A stretch of DNA of 64,000 nt, from the NCBI GenBank assembly GCA_964234715.1, contig OZ174284.1. The stretch is one strand, 5' to 3'. This document shows positions 13,726-27,437 of this stretch, in pieces; within the stretch, counting starts at the first letter, position 1; each line of letters begins with the position of its first letter. A program made the position numbers and the translations under genes. This DNA is from Podarcis melisellensis (lineage: Eukaryota). The notes under the pieces were generated by a model. That model was not told the origin of the DNA and did no database searches. It saw only the letters and a list, made by a program, of their open reading frames with translations.

Positions 13726-14199
13726 ATACCTATTGCCAATACAAGAGGGTACAAAGCTCACGTGCACTGGAATATGTGGGTGCTGTTCATCTGACTAGTA
13801 CACTGTGGCCCATTGTAGTCTTCCTGATAAACTACCTCCCCCCTTAAAGTTTTGTACTCTTGTCAATAATAGCAAAAATAATTAAATAAACAAAATGAAA
13901 GTAGGGGCTCATTTTGCATACAGTGTGCAAAATGACCCTTCTCTTGTGGTCAGCACTACTAACACCCCTAACTAGGCACAAAAACCAAGGTGTGTTCCTA
14001 GCCCAGGAGAGCAGCCAGCCCTGACCTCAAGGAGTAGCTTCAGCTTTGCATGATCCCTGCTTGAAAACATCTAAGCCTCCCCTCTGACACATGCAGATTC
14101 AGGGGTACCAAAGCAGTCACAGCTTCATCCCCTCTACAGTTGGAAGAACTGACAAACAACAAAGCCATTTAATTTTAAAACTTTAAACAAACCTTTCTT

Positions 14200-14205
14200 T
14201 TTATT
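14200..14205 (-). terminator. Candidate GTPBP1 polyadenylation signal (ATTAAA also at 14168-14173)
   Basis: AATAAA on the - strand about 1.9 kb past the stop codon, in AU-rich context. Confidence 0.5.
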
Positions 14206-16061
14206 ATTATTATTATTACATCATGCCAGCCTCAGTAGTCTTTAAATGCTGGTCACAAAACAGAACACAGCACCATGTGGCTTTTTTTTTTATAATGAAA
14301 ACTTCAGCACTGCACATTCCTCTTTCAGAACTAAGGAATGAAAGGAGAAGAAAAAATAAAAAGGACACCACACCAAGGTCTCCACTTCCCTTGGAAATAG
14401 AAGGCCATGAGGCAGATGTCGCTACTGGGCGCCCAAGGCACCAAGTGATACAGGCTGCCGTCTTCCTTTAGCCACAGCACGCTCCATTCTCTCCCCAAGG
14501 GTGCTATTAATACTGTCACTGCTTAAGATGCTGCCCACAAAGTTTCAGGCAAGAAAGTAGACCATAAACCATGCCTACCTACTCGTCAGTGTTGACTCTT
14601 AGCTTCCGGGAAACTCCAGCCATTCAAAAATGTTAGGATGATGTTGCAGACAGCAATATGAGAGACATGGGGAGAGACTTTAAAAGCTACAAACCAGTGA
14701 ACTACAAACCTGGTTTTTGTTTTTAAACAAAAACATGATGCCAGTTAAAAGTCAATTCAGAATAAGTGCCTCAAAAAGAAGCAGCAAATGTGTATCAAAG
14801 TTATAAAATCTTGAACATGTGTCCAAATTTAAAAGCACAGCTCAGAGCTGGCTCCAGTAAACCTCTTCCTGCTTTTACACAGTGAGTGTGTCTAAACCCA
14901 CGACAGTTATGATTCTGAGGAGAGGCTGAAATGAGGGGTGCAAGCTGGCTTCTAGACACTAAGAGGCCCATGCCCACTTACAGGCAGCAACACCCATTTC
15001 CCTAATGAGGAGAAATGAATTCTTGCATTACACAAATATGCAGGGAGAAGTCGCCCACTGTCAGTGTCAGTTCTTGAAGAGGGGAAGGAAACACTGCCTT
15101 TAAAGATACACTTGGATACCACGGGGAAGAAATGGGTGAGTCACGAGAAGCCAACTTGCAGTGTCTCTCCCTTTCCCCAATCTGACGTAGCTGGTTAGAA
15201 AAGCAGACATGGCAGGATTCAGAATATGCAGGCACCCATGACTGACTGCAAGAAAAATAGTACGTTTTGAACACAAGGCCCAAAAAGGATTGTGTGAAAT
15301 CAATTTGTTGACCTTCCACCAACAATTCCAAAGCCACCAGTGCTTTTGTGGCCTGCTCCACCTCCTCCCACAAGTCTCGCTTTTAAAGTAAGCTTACAAG
15401 TGCATAATTATGAGATCTAGGATCTCATATCAATCCAGCTTTTGGGATGCTGCTGGAGTGTGTGTGTTCCTTCATGTCGATTACCAATTGCAGGCATTGG
15501 TATTTAAAGGAGGCTGCCCAGGGCTCACGCAGTTTGACTGGTGTGAAAGGGGGGGGGGGAATTCCTACCTCTTCCGAACCAACTAGCATATTCATACTTG
15601 TATGAATGGGATTTCAGGAATTCTTGATTGCAGACCACAGACACAGGGTCAGTTTCAAAAATATATATATGAGAGGGTGGGGAAGAGAAGAGGAGGCAGT
15701 TACCTTACTCTGTATACCTAGATCCTCCCAATTCTTCATCCGCACGCATACCACACACAAACATCCACCATAATAAAAACTAATAAAAAATCATGACTAA
15801 GAGCTCACGATGTACAAAATGTTTGGGGGGGTTAAAAAGGGAGAAGGCGGCAGCTGGTCAGTCCCACATGTGCTTTTGTCACCTTCGTTAGCTTAAACTG
15901 TAAACCCTGCGTCCCCCCGGTGGCTCCTCTCCAGGAGGCGAGGAGGAGGAGGAGAAGTTCCACAGTAGCAGATCAGCTGGGATGGATTTTGGTTAGGCTG
16001 CTCCGGGTTTTTGGGTTGAAGAAGGGGAGGGTGCGAATTCCGCAGTGATTAAAAACGATGT

Positions 16062-16154
16062 TCAGCAGCCACCAGCAGGAGTCACAATAGCCCCTTGAGA
16101 CTTCACTTTATGGCGCTGCCCTCCACGTCGGCGGCCACCTCCTCCAGTCTTCAC
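16062..16154 (-). CDS. GTPBP1: GTPBP1 exon 12 ([30 protein letters not shown])
   Basis: ccccag| acceptor, TGA stop. Confidence 0.94.
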   Translation of the reverse strand: MKTGGGGRRRGGQRHKVKSQGAIVTPAGGC

Positions 16155-17611
16155 CTGGGGATAGAGAAGAAGAGTGCTCAGGTAAGGGCAAGGTGGGGAA
16201 GGCAGGATCTGAACCTCTCAGCCCTAAACTGAACAAGAGGAGTGGGAATGGACAGTGTCAACCAACCATATCCAGAAGTGAAAGGCAAGGGTGGGGAACC
16301 CGTGGTCCCCCAGGTGATGTTTGACTCATGGCAAAGGATGTTGGAAATTATAGTCCAACATCTGGAGTGCCACTGGTCTCCCATCCCTGGGGGAAAGGAA
16401 AGAACTGAAGTTGTCTTTGTCCTTTCAGGTCCTATAAGCACCTTTGAAATAGGCCAAACTTCTACCAAAGCAAGCAGGAATTCTAAAAGGAAAATTGTAA
16501 GACTTTGGAGGGGAGGGGAATGTCTTGCAAGGCTGGCCTTTTCTCCCCAAGGCAATCAAGTCAAAGCAACAGAGGATGCAGAAGTACCTTGCTGCCCTCT
16601 CGGTTGTGGGGCTCTTCATCCAGGGCAGGCTGAAGGAAAGCAGCAAGGAAAGAGAAGCATAGGTGAGCAGAAGGCAGCAGACATCCAAGATGTTGGACAA
16701 AGATCAGCAGAGGGGAGAGCAGTCCCTTAAAAACTGCCCCCAAGTGAGCACAGCAAGAGAGGAAACACAGCACCAGTGATATAAACAGAGGCTCTGGCAG
16801 ACTTTGCCCCCCACCCAAGACAAACTCTGGAGGAGAAGAGAATACAGCAAGGGCACCAAGAAGCCACATTTACACCCAAGATGCAAAGCAAGAAAGCAGC
16901 TCGGATTCTTTCAGTCCTATTCTTAGAGGGCACCCTGTAACATATGTATAAAAGAGCATTTCTTTGCTACAATTATCATCGTAGCTGATGCTTGCAATTG
17001 CAGCATTTAAACATCACCCCTCCAGTTTCAGGAGTCTCAGAATAATGCCAACACACACTTAAAATACAGCAAAGTGAAAAACAAAAGAGCAAAGGAACTG
17101 AGACTAAGATTTCACTTCAGCAGAAAGAACTTCATTTCAAAGGTTCAGCAGCCAGATGCCCCATGAAACAGAAGGCTGAGAGCTCCGTCATTGGTCAAGG
17201 AGGTCCTTCTACAGCCTGTGCACAACTGCGCAAGAGGTCCTTCTCTGAGCTCTGCATGCCCTTACCGCACACAGCACAGACATGCACAATGAAAGCCCAA
17301 CCGATAAGCTGCTGAACAGCAGCGGGGCTCCGATGGGGAAAGTTAACAATACAGTTATGGGCAAGCGAGGCAACTGCTCAGGGCCTCACGCCAGGCCAGG
17401 CCTGCTGTTTCTGCCCACTTGGCAAGGCTCTCACCCTCCTCCCTTCTTAGAGCCACTTCACAGCCACTAACTAGTATTCAGGCACAGGACTAGGAGGTAG
17501 CAGGTGAAATCTGGCTCACCTTAAAAGGTAGGCATGTTTACTACAAAAAGCTTAAGAAGCCATGAAAGATAACTTTGGAATAGGAGGGAGGGCACAGGCT
17601 GTTCTGCATAC

Positions 17612-17812
17612 CTGAGGCTGTTGGGCACTCGAAGGTGCTGAGGGGGCTGCTCCCAGCGAAACCGCATCATCTGCCACTGTGGGGCTCGCCGTCACCATGC
17701 CAGCCTGGGCTCCCCCTTCCTCTCGCTTGGTCAGGGGCCCCTTTTTCGTGGACTGCATCTTGATCTGCTGAGGCTTGGAGTTCATTGGAGAGTTATTTGT
17801 GGTCTGGAGTAA
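17612..17812 (-). CDS. GTPBP1: GTPBP1 exon 11 ([13 protein letters not shown]...SAQQPQ)
   Basis: ggcag| ... |gtatg. Confidence 0.94.
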
Positions 17813-17949
17813 CTGCCAGTCGAAAGGATGGTAGAGGCAAAAAACAGAATTGTGCCAGTGTTGTTGCTTTCATTTTAAGCACAGAGTTGGTTTAAGCAAA
17901 GTTCACCTTTGACATTAAACAGGACCTCAATATGTGGAAAGAAAATGCT

Positions 17950-18178
17950 CTTCCCCAGGGAGGCTCGCCTGGCATCTTCATTACACATATTTAGGCACTA
18001 GGGAAAACCATTCCTCTTCTCCCAGGCCTTTGGCTAATTAAACATTCTATGGCCTTTTGAACTGGTTTGTGTGTTTGTATTGTTTTGTTTCTTGCAATGT
18101 TGTATATTTTTGTGTTTTTATATTGTAAACTGCCCTGTGATCCCAAGATGAAGGGCGGTATAAATTTAATAAATAAAA
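17950..18178 (+). mobile_element. L2-like LINE 3' end
   Basis: T-rich tail ending tgtaaactgccctgtgatcc..gatgaagggcggtataaatttaataaataaa. Confidence 0.6.
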
Positions 18179-18433
18179 GGACTGGGAATGGTGCGCGCGC
18201 ACAGCAACACACCAAATCTCATTCACACCCGCACAGCTCTCTTATCTCCCACTTCCCCTGCAGTGGGAAGGAAAGTGACAACAATTTCCTCTCTGTTCTT
18301 TAAGCACTTTCTGTTTCATGTCTCTTATTCCCTGCAGTAGGGCAGGTAGGTAAAGCAGAGTTGTGATAACAGCATCTAAGCCTCGCTGGGCCATACGCCA
18401 AGTCAGGATGAAAATAGTCTCCTTTCATTAATA

Positions 18434-18953
18434 CAGTGGTGCCCTGCAAGACGAACGCCTCGCAAGACGAAAAACCCGCTAGACGAAAGGGTTTTCCGTT
18501 TTGGAGGCGCTTCGCAAAACGAATTTCCCTATGGGCTTGCTTCACAAGAAGAAAGCCCATAGGGAAATCTCCGGGGACCTCTTTTAAATGCTAGCGGTGG
18601 GGAGCAAAGCCTTTCCCCCCCCCCTCCGGCCTTCAGAAGAGGTCCAGGAAGGCCGGCGGGGGCCGAAAGGCTTTGCTCCCCACCGCCAGCATTTTAAAAG
18701 CAGTCCGGGATAGCAGGGAAGCGCTTCCCGCTATCCCGGATGGCTTTTGAAGGCAGGTGGGGGGGAGCAAAGACTTTTGCCCCCCGCCCGCCTTCAGAAG
18801 AGGTCGGGGGACAGACTGTCCCCGGACCTGGTCTGAAGGCGGTTTCCATAGGAACGCATTAATTGATTTTTAATGCATTCCTATGGAAAACCGTGCTTCG
18901 CAAGACGAAAAGACTTGCGGAACGAATTTATTTCGTCTTGCGAGGCACCACTG
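18434..18953. mobile_element. Tc1/mariner-type MITE, 520 bp
   Basis: TA|cagtggtgccctgcaagacgaa ... ttcgtcttgcgaggcaccactg|TA; CpG-rich, with internal repeats. Confidence 0.9.
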
Positions 18954-19472
18954 TATTTTTAACCCAGGTCATGCATGAAACTGCCTTCTGTCAACAACCA
19001 GGTCCCACAAAGTTCCCAAGATCTTTTTAAAAAGTAATTTATAGAGATGGGAAGAAAGCACTTGAAGGCCAAGCAACCTGCGCCTTTACCCAGAAAGGAA
19101 GCACAGACTAGGTGACTGGGCTGGCAGAAAAGTTCGTCAAGTATTAAAAAAACTTGCCCATTTGAGCAACATATGGTTTAAAGGGGGAGGGGCATAGATG
19201 GTCAAGAATCCCCCTTCAGCAAGGGAATACAGGAATTAGTGGAAGAAAAAGAAAGCTTGTTCTGTCTAGCAGGGTTATATGCAAGTCTGGGTTTAAGGTT
19301 GTTGTGTGTTTTTTTTTTTAATCAACTCACTCCTATCCTAAAGACAGGGGAAAATCAAAAGGAAAAGGAGAACAGTGCATATGACATGGTTTCAAGGAAG
19401 GTATGGAAATTCTGAGAAGCCAAGCAACTTCCCCATCATCATCTATCAAGAAGCTCGAGTTTTCAGTAACTA

Positions 19473-19754
<282 letters not shown>

Positions 19755-20314
19755 TTAAGATTCTCACTGGCACTCAAACTGCAACAAGTAGACAAATCTC
19801 AGTAGCACAGGATACCCTGAACTGCCACCAGCTATGCTGCTGCATGCAGATGCCGCTAAATTCACAATACAAACACCTTACGAATCCATGTTTGTCATCA
19901 GGTACTGTAAATTCAATTTCCAGCGGAGAGGCAATGTCAGAAGATAATCTACGTACATAGCACTGATCTGCTCAGCAAGCCAGCCCTACCACCATGCCTC
20001 ATAACTTCTATAGGGAAGGCTACAGAGGCCAAGTGCAATTCTTCTATAGCCATCCATTGAACCCATAGCTCAAGTGGGATTTTGATGAAAGTGCAAGTCA
20101 AGCACCCCTAGTGACAGATCCCATAAGAGCCTTCTATCACTTCCCAAATTTGATCCACAAGGAATCGCTTTCTCTTTCAGCCATCCTCTTGTGGTTGCTG
20201 CTCCTCGTAAATGTGTCGGTATCAGAAGTTAAATGACGCAACCATGAATTAATTCAATACCCAGGGCCAAGGCAGGAGGAGTGTGTAAGGGACACCAAAA
20301 AACCCTACACATAC

Positions 20315-20450
20315 CCATCGCCTGATATCGTGGACTGATGGTGGTAGGATGATGCAGAACCAGAATCTCAGCTTCAAATTCCCAAGATGCTTGAGGATTT
20401 AATCGGGGAGACACCATCACCATGCCTTTCCGGATAGAGGAGCGCTTGAT
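20315..20450 (-). CDS. GTPBP1: GTPBP1 exon 9 ([12 protein letters not shown]...PRYQAM)
   Basis: ttccag| ... |gtatg. Confidence 0.96.
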
Positions 20451-21441
20451 CTGGAAGTGCAACAATTTTAAAGCATAATTTAGCAGTAAATTCACTTAGG
20501 CTGATTTTTTTTTTTAATCTATATCTTTTCCTAGCATTTTACAAATGAAAGACTACATAAGCCTCTTTGGGGATGGAATTGGATGCCCATCCAGCCGAAC
20601 ATAGTGCTGAGCATGAGTTTTACAAAGGCGTTGGGAGAACTTCAGTCGCAAACACACTTATGTTGCCTAAATGGTGCAGAAATTACAAATGTCCATCTTT
20701 CATGGATGTAGAGAAGTTGGGATGCAATAGTGAAAGTATTCCTTTGGCTTTCTCTCTGCCAAACAAATGACCACAATGTCCACTGCTGCCTTTAGACAAG
20801 TTTAGTCCTAGCATGCATTTGCAATATTAGACCCTGCAAATAAAACCTGCTCTCAGCCCCATATATTAAGCCTGGCAAGTTGCAATCCTAAAAACAATGA
20901 CTAGGGAGAAAACCACATCTGAATGCAGCAGGACTTGGTTCCATTGCCCAAGGATGAAGACAGATGTGATTAACAGCTGGATTTCATATGTCCCAAACAT
21001 GAAGAATCAGCCACCAAATGTTTCTCCTCAGCAGTTCTGGGTGCAACAGGAAACCAGCCAAGCACCTAACAGAACCCCATCTGATTGTCCGCTATCTCCT
21101 CCCACATTCTACCTTAAAACTGTGACGAAATGACACCATTAAGGTGGCTCAAAAACCAGCCCTAATATTCTCTTTCCCCACAACCCTATTTTATTTCCCA
21201 TCTAGTCTGATGAAGATTTCTACAGAACTTAAAAGCTTGCATGTCATTTTATAGCATTAGGGATTGCCCTCATGTGGATTTTGGAATTTTTTCTTATGGG
21301 CCAACACAACTAGCTTTACTTTTTGTGCAGTCTCAGAGTAAACATTCTCATATCTGCACTGACAGTTTCCCCCCAAAACCCCTCATTTTCTCCCAACGGA
21401 AAAGCAATGGAATACCCTCGGCCAATGAAGTCCACACTCAC

Positions 21442-21624
21442 CTTCTTCAGAGCAAAGGAGGCAGTCTGTCCTCCTCGAACCTCTTTGACGGGCATGCGCT
21501 TGCGGTGGATGGACTTCACAGCAATGGGCAAGAAGTTACCCAGAGGGTCTGGGCCGAGCAGCAAGGTGTCATTTAACTTGATCAGGCCTCTTAGTGTTGT
21601 CCCAGACACCACTGTCCCTACACC
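21442..21624 (-). CDS. GTPBP1: GTPBP1 exon 8 (GVGTVVSGT...SFALKK)
   Basis: atgcag| ... |gtgag. Confidence 0.96.
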
Positions 21625-21765
21625 CTGCATCAGGGAGAAGTGCAAAAGGCAAATGGATTAGTCACAATGCTAGAGCAACAGCAGAATCAAGCCAACATCC
21701 CCATTCCTTCCTCCTCGTGGAAAAAAATTAGACTGAAGTGAGACACTCAGCACCAGTCTCCTTAC

Positions 21766-21910
21766 TGGAACAGAGTAAGTGTCATCTATCTGGAATTCTG
21801 CAGGTTCCTCTTCCCTGTAACTGGTCCTTGGAGACAGGAGATTGAGAAACATCTTAAGCAATTCCAGATTCTCACCGGTGACATTGGAAATCTGGAATAT
21901 TGGGCACATC
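21766..21910 (-). CDS. GTPBP1: GTPBP1 exon 7 ([12 protein letters not shown]...DDTYSVP)
   Basis: aattag| ... |gtaag. Confidence 0.96.
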
Positions 21911-22051
21911 CTAATTGGAACAGAGAGAGAGAGAGAATGAGAACATATGAGTTATTCACAGTTCTAAGTTAGGTTGATCTTAATACTTGCAAGACATCAC
22001 AGGTGCTGGTTGGCATGTTCAGTATCAGAAGGAAAATTCCCTACAGGAAAG

Positions 22052-22240
22052 TAATAATAATAATAATAATAATTTTTATTTATACCCCGCCCTCCCCAGC
22101 CAAGTCCGGGCTCAGGGCGGCTAACAAGCAATAATAATAACAAGTTGAATGAATACAACTTTAAAACAAGATTAAAATACAATTAAAATATTGAAACATT
22201 AAAATATTAAAATGCAGCCTCATCACAGGAGAAAGAAAAA
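22052..22240 (-). mobile_element. L2-like 3' tail with (TAA)n microsatellite
   Basis: (taa)n followed by tttatttataccccgccc...ctcagggcggctaaca. Confidence 0.55.
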
Positions 22241-23287
22241 AGAAAAAAGTACAAGCTGTACTACCCTTAACACTAGCAACATTCAGTTAAATAACTTTAT
22301 ATCTACTTCTGTTTTTTTCTGGGATGGCAGGAAAGTGCCCACTCAACTGGAGAGTCATCTTGCATGGTCAGCTTCCTTTCAAATCACACGCTCTAGTTAC
22401 ATCAGATGTAATATTTACATTTTTAGCTCCTACAATTTTACTCTCTTTCCCCCTCTCTCATCAGCAGTTGGGACCAAGCCATTAAGAGAATGGTCCAGCA
22501 GACATGCCAACCATCATCAGTTGTCCAGGATATTTCAAGAAGAGGACAGACCGAACACAATGCTAGCTGCCAACCTCATGCAACTGTTCACTTCATTGAT
22601 CCCAGCTTTCCAGTATGGCTTATCTTCTGTTCCATACATATGGCATCCACATTTTGCGGCAACGGCGGGGAGGGTGTCTCATGCAACAGATCAGCAGCAG
22701 ACTCCTGGCCATACTTCTTGCAAGGCCATTTGCTTCAGCCTCTACACACAAGCAGGGCCATTTCTTTTTCTGCTCCTAGCCATAACCCCCCATCCTCCCA
22801 AGTCCTCTGCTTGCTTTCATCCTTGCACCAACTGTGGATGCCAGAAATGGATTCAAAGCAACAGAGGCAACTCCACATGGTTTCATTAGAATTTGACCTT
22901 GGCATTTCCCACTCACTGGCAAGAAAAACAAACTAATATATGTGGCAAAAAGAAAGATGATTGCTGAAGTCCGCTTTAACTCCAGTCCTGGCCATTTCTA
23001 CCATCCATCTTCACCCTTTCGCATGCATTTCTTGCCCAGAAACCTGGATAATCTGTTTTGAACCTGCCCAACAGAACTAAAGGCGCAGATCCCACCAATT
23101 CAGGATCCTTGCTATTTAAGCCTGTAAACATATTCCACATCTCTGTTGCAAATTCCTTATACTGCAACTAGAAAAGGCCTGTTTGTGCTCCCAACCAATT
23201 ATCATCCCAGAAGAGTCTTGGGGTCAAAGTTCAAAGCCCATGTTCTAAGGAGACAAAGAGTGGTCCACTTTGTTTTCATTTCTGTCA

Positions 23288-23431
<144 letters not shown>

Positions 23432-25460
23432 TCAATATCCCTTTCTTGCATTCAACTTTATTGCCTTAGTTGTATATACCTAATTTTAAGACCTTCTAAA
23501 AAACTGATGGTTGTTATTATGTCCTCATATGTAAAACCACAGAATTCAAAGAGGGTGTACTTTCTTTTCCCCATGATTGTATGTATACGTGAGCAAGCTG
23601 GGATACTGTTACAGATGTCAGCTTCCCTAGGATTTTAAATTTAAAAAGAAAGCTATTTAAGTATCAAGAACATATAAGAGAACATGCAGGAGTCTTTGAT
23701 ACCAAAGGGTTAGTGAAATGGGGCTTTAGAGGTTGTAGTATAGGGCTTCTTGTGTTCTTAACAGATCTTTTCTCTCTCCATGTCCGGGTGTTGACCACAC
23801 TGACAAACCTTCCCCAGTCTGACACCTCCAGATTCTGAATTACCATCCCCCCCATTATGGACCATTGGCCATATCAACCAAGGATGATGGGAGTCACAGT
23901 AAATGGTTCTGGTGGGCACCTGGATATTGATCTGAAAAACAAGCCAGCTATTACAGCTAGTATGTATTGAATTTCCACTGCTATTCTAATTGTAGAAGTT
24001 GTCAAGCTAAGCCTCAGAGAGAGAAATAAATTCAGTATTGCTACTGAGAAGCTACCAAAACATTACATACGATCCAGAATTTTGCATAGGCTTTTCTGTA
24101 CTATGCATCCTGTGTCAATTTCAGGAAGCCTGCAGGGGACCATGGAATCTTATGACTGGAAAGCTATCGTTTTCACAAGAAAGACTAGGATGTGTTTTTT
24201 GCTTGAGAATTGGTGGTTTCATTTTGTTTGCTTACAAAGCTGGCAGTGCTACCAGAGCTTTGAAAAGATGTCCAATTCTAGCCAAACCCTTGTCTCAAAA
24301 TTTGCCCTGGCGGTGGATTCCATGTCTAATTGCTTGTTGTGCTAGATGCTCTTCTAAGACAAGAGCTTGTCTTTGCCAGAATAAACCGATTTCCCCACAA
24401 ATGCTTATGTTATGATGAGGAGTGAAAAACAAGATGTGCACATGAAAGATGGGTGCCAAGATGTATGCAACATCACATACACATTTTACAAGCACCTGCT
24501 TTGAAGTACACCGAATACTAGGTCCGCCTGACCAATTCTCAAATTTCCATTTTCTACCTCAGTGCTAGCTGCACATTGCAGAGGTTCCTCGGTCATCTTA
24601 TACAGCAAGTAACAGAAAAGCCAATAATTGCAGCACCAGAAGACCAGGGGTCTCTTGAACAGGAGCCCACACATTTTGAATGAGCTTGGTAGCAAACCAT
24701 TTGCTCTCTCGCTTTCCACTATGTAGTCCCAAAGTGCATTCCTTTTCTATTTGATGCCCAGCATCTGCCACTAGTGAACATCTTTGTGGACCTCTTCTCT
24801 TGGAAGTGCATAATTACATACAGGGGAGAAGGCAATAATATTTCCTAAGCAGTCATTTTGGTTGCACAGTTTATGCCTATTGGCCAGTTTATGCCTATTG
24901 GCCACGGTTTCTCAGTGTTCAGGGATACCGTGAAACTGAACATCAGTTGTGGGAGGGGAAACAGCAAGAAAGAGTTGCTGCTTTCGTTTCAGGAAGCACC
25001 GTGTTGGGCCCTGTGGGGAACAGGCTACACTAGTTGGTTCTTTCATGACCCTAAGAACCAGGAAGTGAACAGATGCAAAAGGTCTAAATCTCAGCTGCCT
25101 TCTCTTTCCCGTAAGCTTATTTACAGCAATGGGGGAAGAATACAAGTCAAAACATTGCTTCTGAGCAGCTTCACTGTTGCAAAACAATTGTTTTAGAACT
25201 GCTGATAAGACAGTTTTAAGAGACCAGCTACAGAGAAAAAACTGTACATCAAATAAGTCTCAACGCGTAAGAAGCAATGCAGGCCAGGAATTGGAGATGG
25301 TGAGAAAGAAGAGTTTGCTTAAACGGCTCCTTAGTAGAGTCTGAAGACACACTACCAAAACAGATGGCAAAGACTTCACAGGAGAGAGAAGCTGTTTGCG
25401 CCATCTTCAGTTTATTTTATTTAAATACCACCCTTCACTTCCCAATCACAGGGCAGTCTA

Positions 25461-25757
<297 letters not shown>

Positions 25758-26789
25758 CTATCTAATACTGTTGTCTCACTAGCGCAACAGACTTCTATTT
25801 GTGCAATGGAGCTTCTCTTTCCTCTCCTCCCAATTCAGCCCCCTTGTACAGCTTCAAAACCTGCTCCAGACGGTTGCTCACACAGCATTGGACAGAAACC
25901 CGGTGCTCTTACAATAAAGTAAGAGCTAATTCAGACATTAGCACTTGCCACTCTTGGAATAACGTTTCTGGTATGTTCCATGGTGTGCAAAGTAAACCAG
26001 AAAGGCTTATTTCCTGCTGCTTGACCAGGACAATGTCAAGAACAGATAGAAGAGGAATCCTGGGTCCTATTCCCAGAATCCTCTCAGAAAAAGCCACGGT
26101 GGAATAGGTTATCAATTAAACTTTTCCCAGTTCATGTCAATCACAAAATCACTTTAAAAAACCATTGCATTTGCAGGTGACATTGTGTCAGAGCTAGCCT
26201 TCTTGTGAGTGCATGCCCACAACCTCCTTCTCCTAGCATTGCCAAGAATGGCTAGTACAGTCTGCTCAAAATAAGTGTCATAACTGGAGCTCTACTTCTC
26301 TGTTTTGATGTAGGGAAGCCAGTGACACTGTTCAGATGATGTTCCCAGCCTCCCTGGCTTATGAAGTCAGGGACTAGCACTGGGGCCAAGCACTGCTCCC
26401 TAACTCTTCTTCCTCACATCACATGCCAGCTTCACCACAAAGCTCCTGGCTTGTATCAAGCCAGAATTCTCAATTACAGCCAACCCCCGATTTGTGGTGG
26501 GGTTATGTTCCGGGTCATTGCACGCTTGCATGAAATCACATGCAATGGAAACGCCCTGCCCCCCCCCATTTTGGTGACATCTTTCCTGGTCACTTCCAGG
26601 GCCAGCGCTGTGTGCATGTGCATGGTCGCACACATATTGGTCGTGCCTAAAATGGGTGTTCCCCATACCTCCAAAATGGGGAACTCTGGTTTAATGCCAA
26701 TTAACAAAACTGGAAAATAATCTAGCACCACAATCTAGAGATAGGAAACCTGTGACCAGATGCTCTTGAACAACTCTCATCATCACCAC

Positions 26790-27437
26790 TAGTGATGTCA
26801 AATTCTAGAGAATATTCTTTTGGAGAATATTCTTGATTAATGAGAATATTGTACCATTGAATGGAACTGCAAAAACCAGTTACTGGCACTGAATAAAAAT
26901 ATAGAAAAGTCAGCTGTTTAAATCAAGGCCACCTCACATGCTGTTACACATAATTGTATAGGCCTAGGTACTTTTAAGTGTAAAAAGCATTACAACTATT
27001 TTCTGGGGGGAAAAAAAATCACACTTATGGCCAAGAGTATAGAATTGCTAAGAATAAGGTCACACCTAAATAGGAAAAAGGCTATTACAAATAGTTGGAA
27101 TACATACAAATTCAAATGTTCATCAAATTAAATGAATAGCATTTTAAAAAATGGTTTTCTGTAGCTCACATTTCAGAACTGCCAATGGTGAATGACACAT
27201 GCCTAGTAATGTAACTGGATCAAAAAAATCATTATTCATTATTTACATTGGCAATATCACAGCTTGACTTATTATTTACAGTACTAGATTTTTTTAATGT
27301 GGGTTGTAAAACTGGTTCTTCAATTAGACTTTACAGTTCATGGAAAATATCCTCCAGATAATTTTCTAGCAGATAATATTGTCAAAAATATTCTCATTCT
27401 TGAGAATATTCTCACCTCACCTCACCTCACCTCACTA
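26790..27437. mobile_element. hAT-superfamily non-autonomous DNA transposon
   Basis: Perfect 8-bp TSD ATCACCAC (26782-26789 and 27438-27445), tagtga...tcacta termini, and subterminal GAGAATATT repeats at both ends. Confidence 0.85.

Noticed and set aside
16242-16730. 162-aa ORF and overlapping ORFs in GTPBP1 intron 11
   Set aside because: Include a MITE, use non-ATG starts and have no protein-like features; the GTPBP1 frame is complete without them.
22212-22889. 225-aa + strand ORF in GTPBP1 intron 6
   Set aside because: Starts in a repeat tail, shows no recognisable homology and has no supporting promoter or splice structure.
27405-27437. (CTCAC)n and other short repeats as a CRISPR-like array
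   Set aside because: Simple slippage repeats with no spacers, in eukaryotic DNA.
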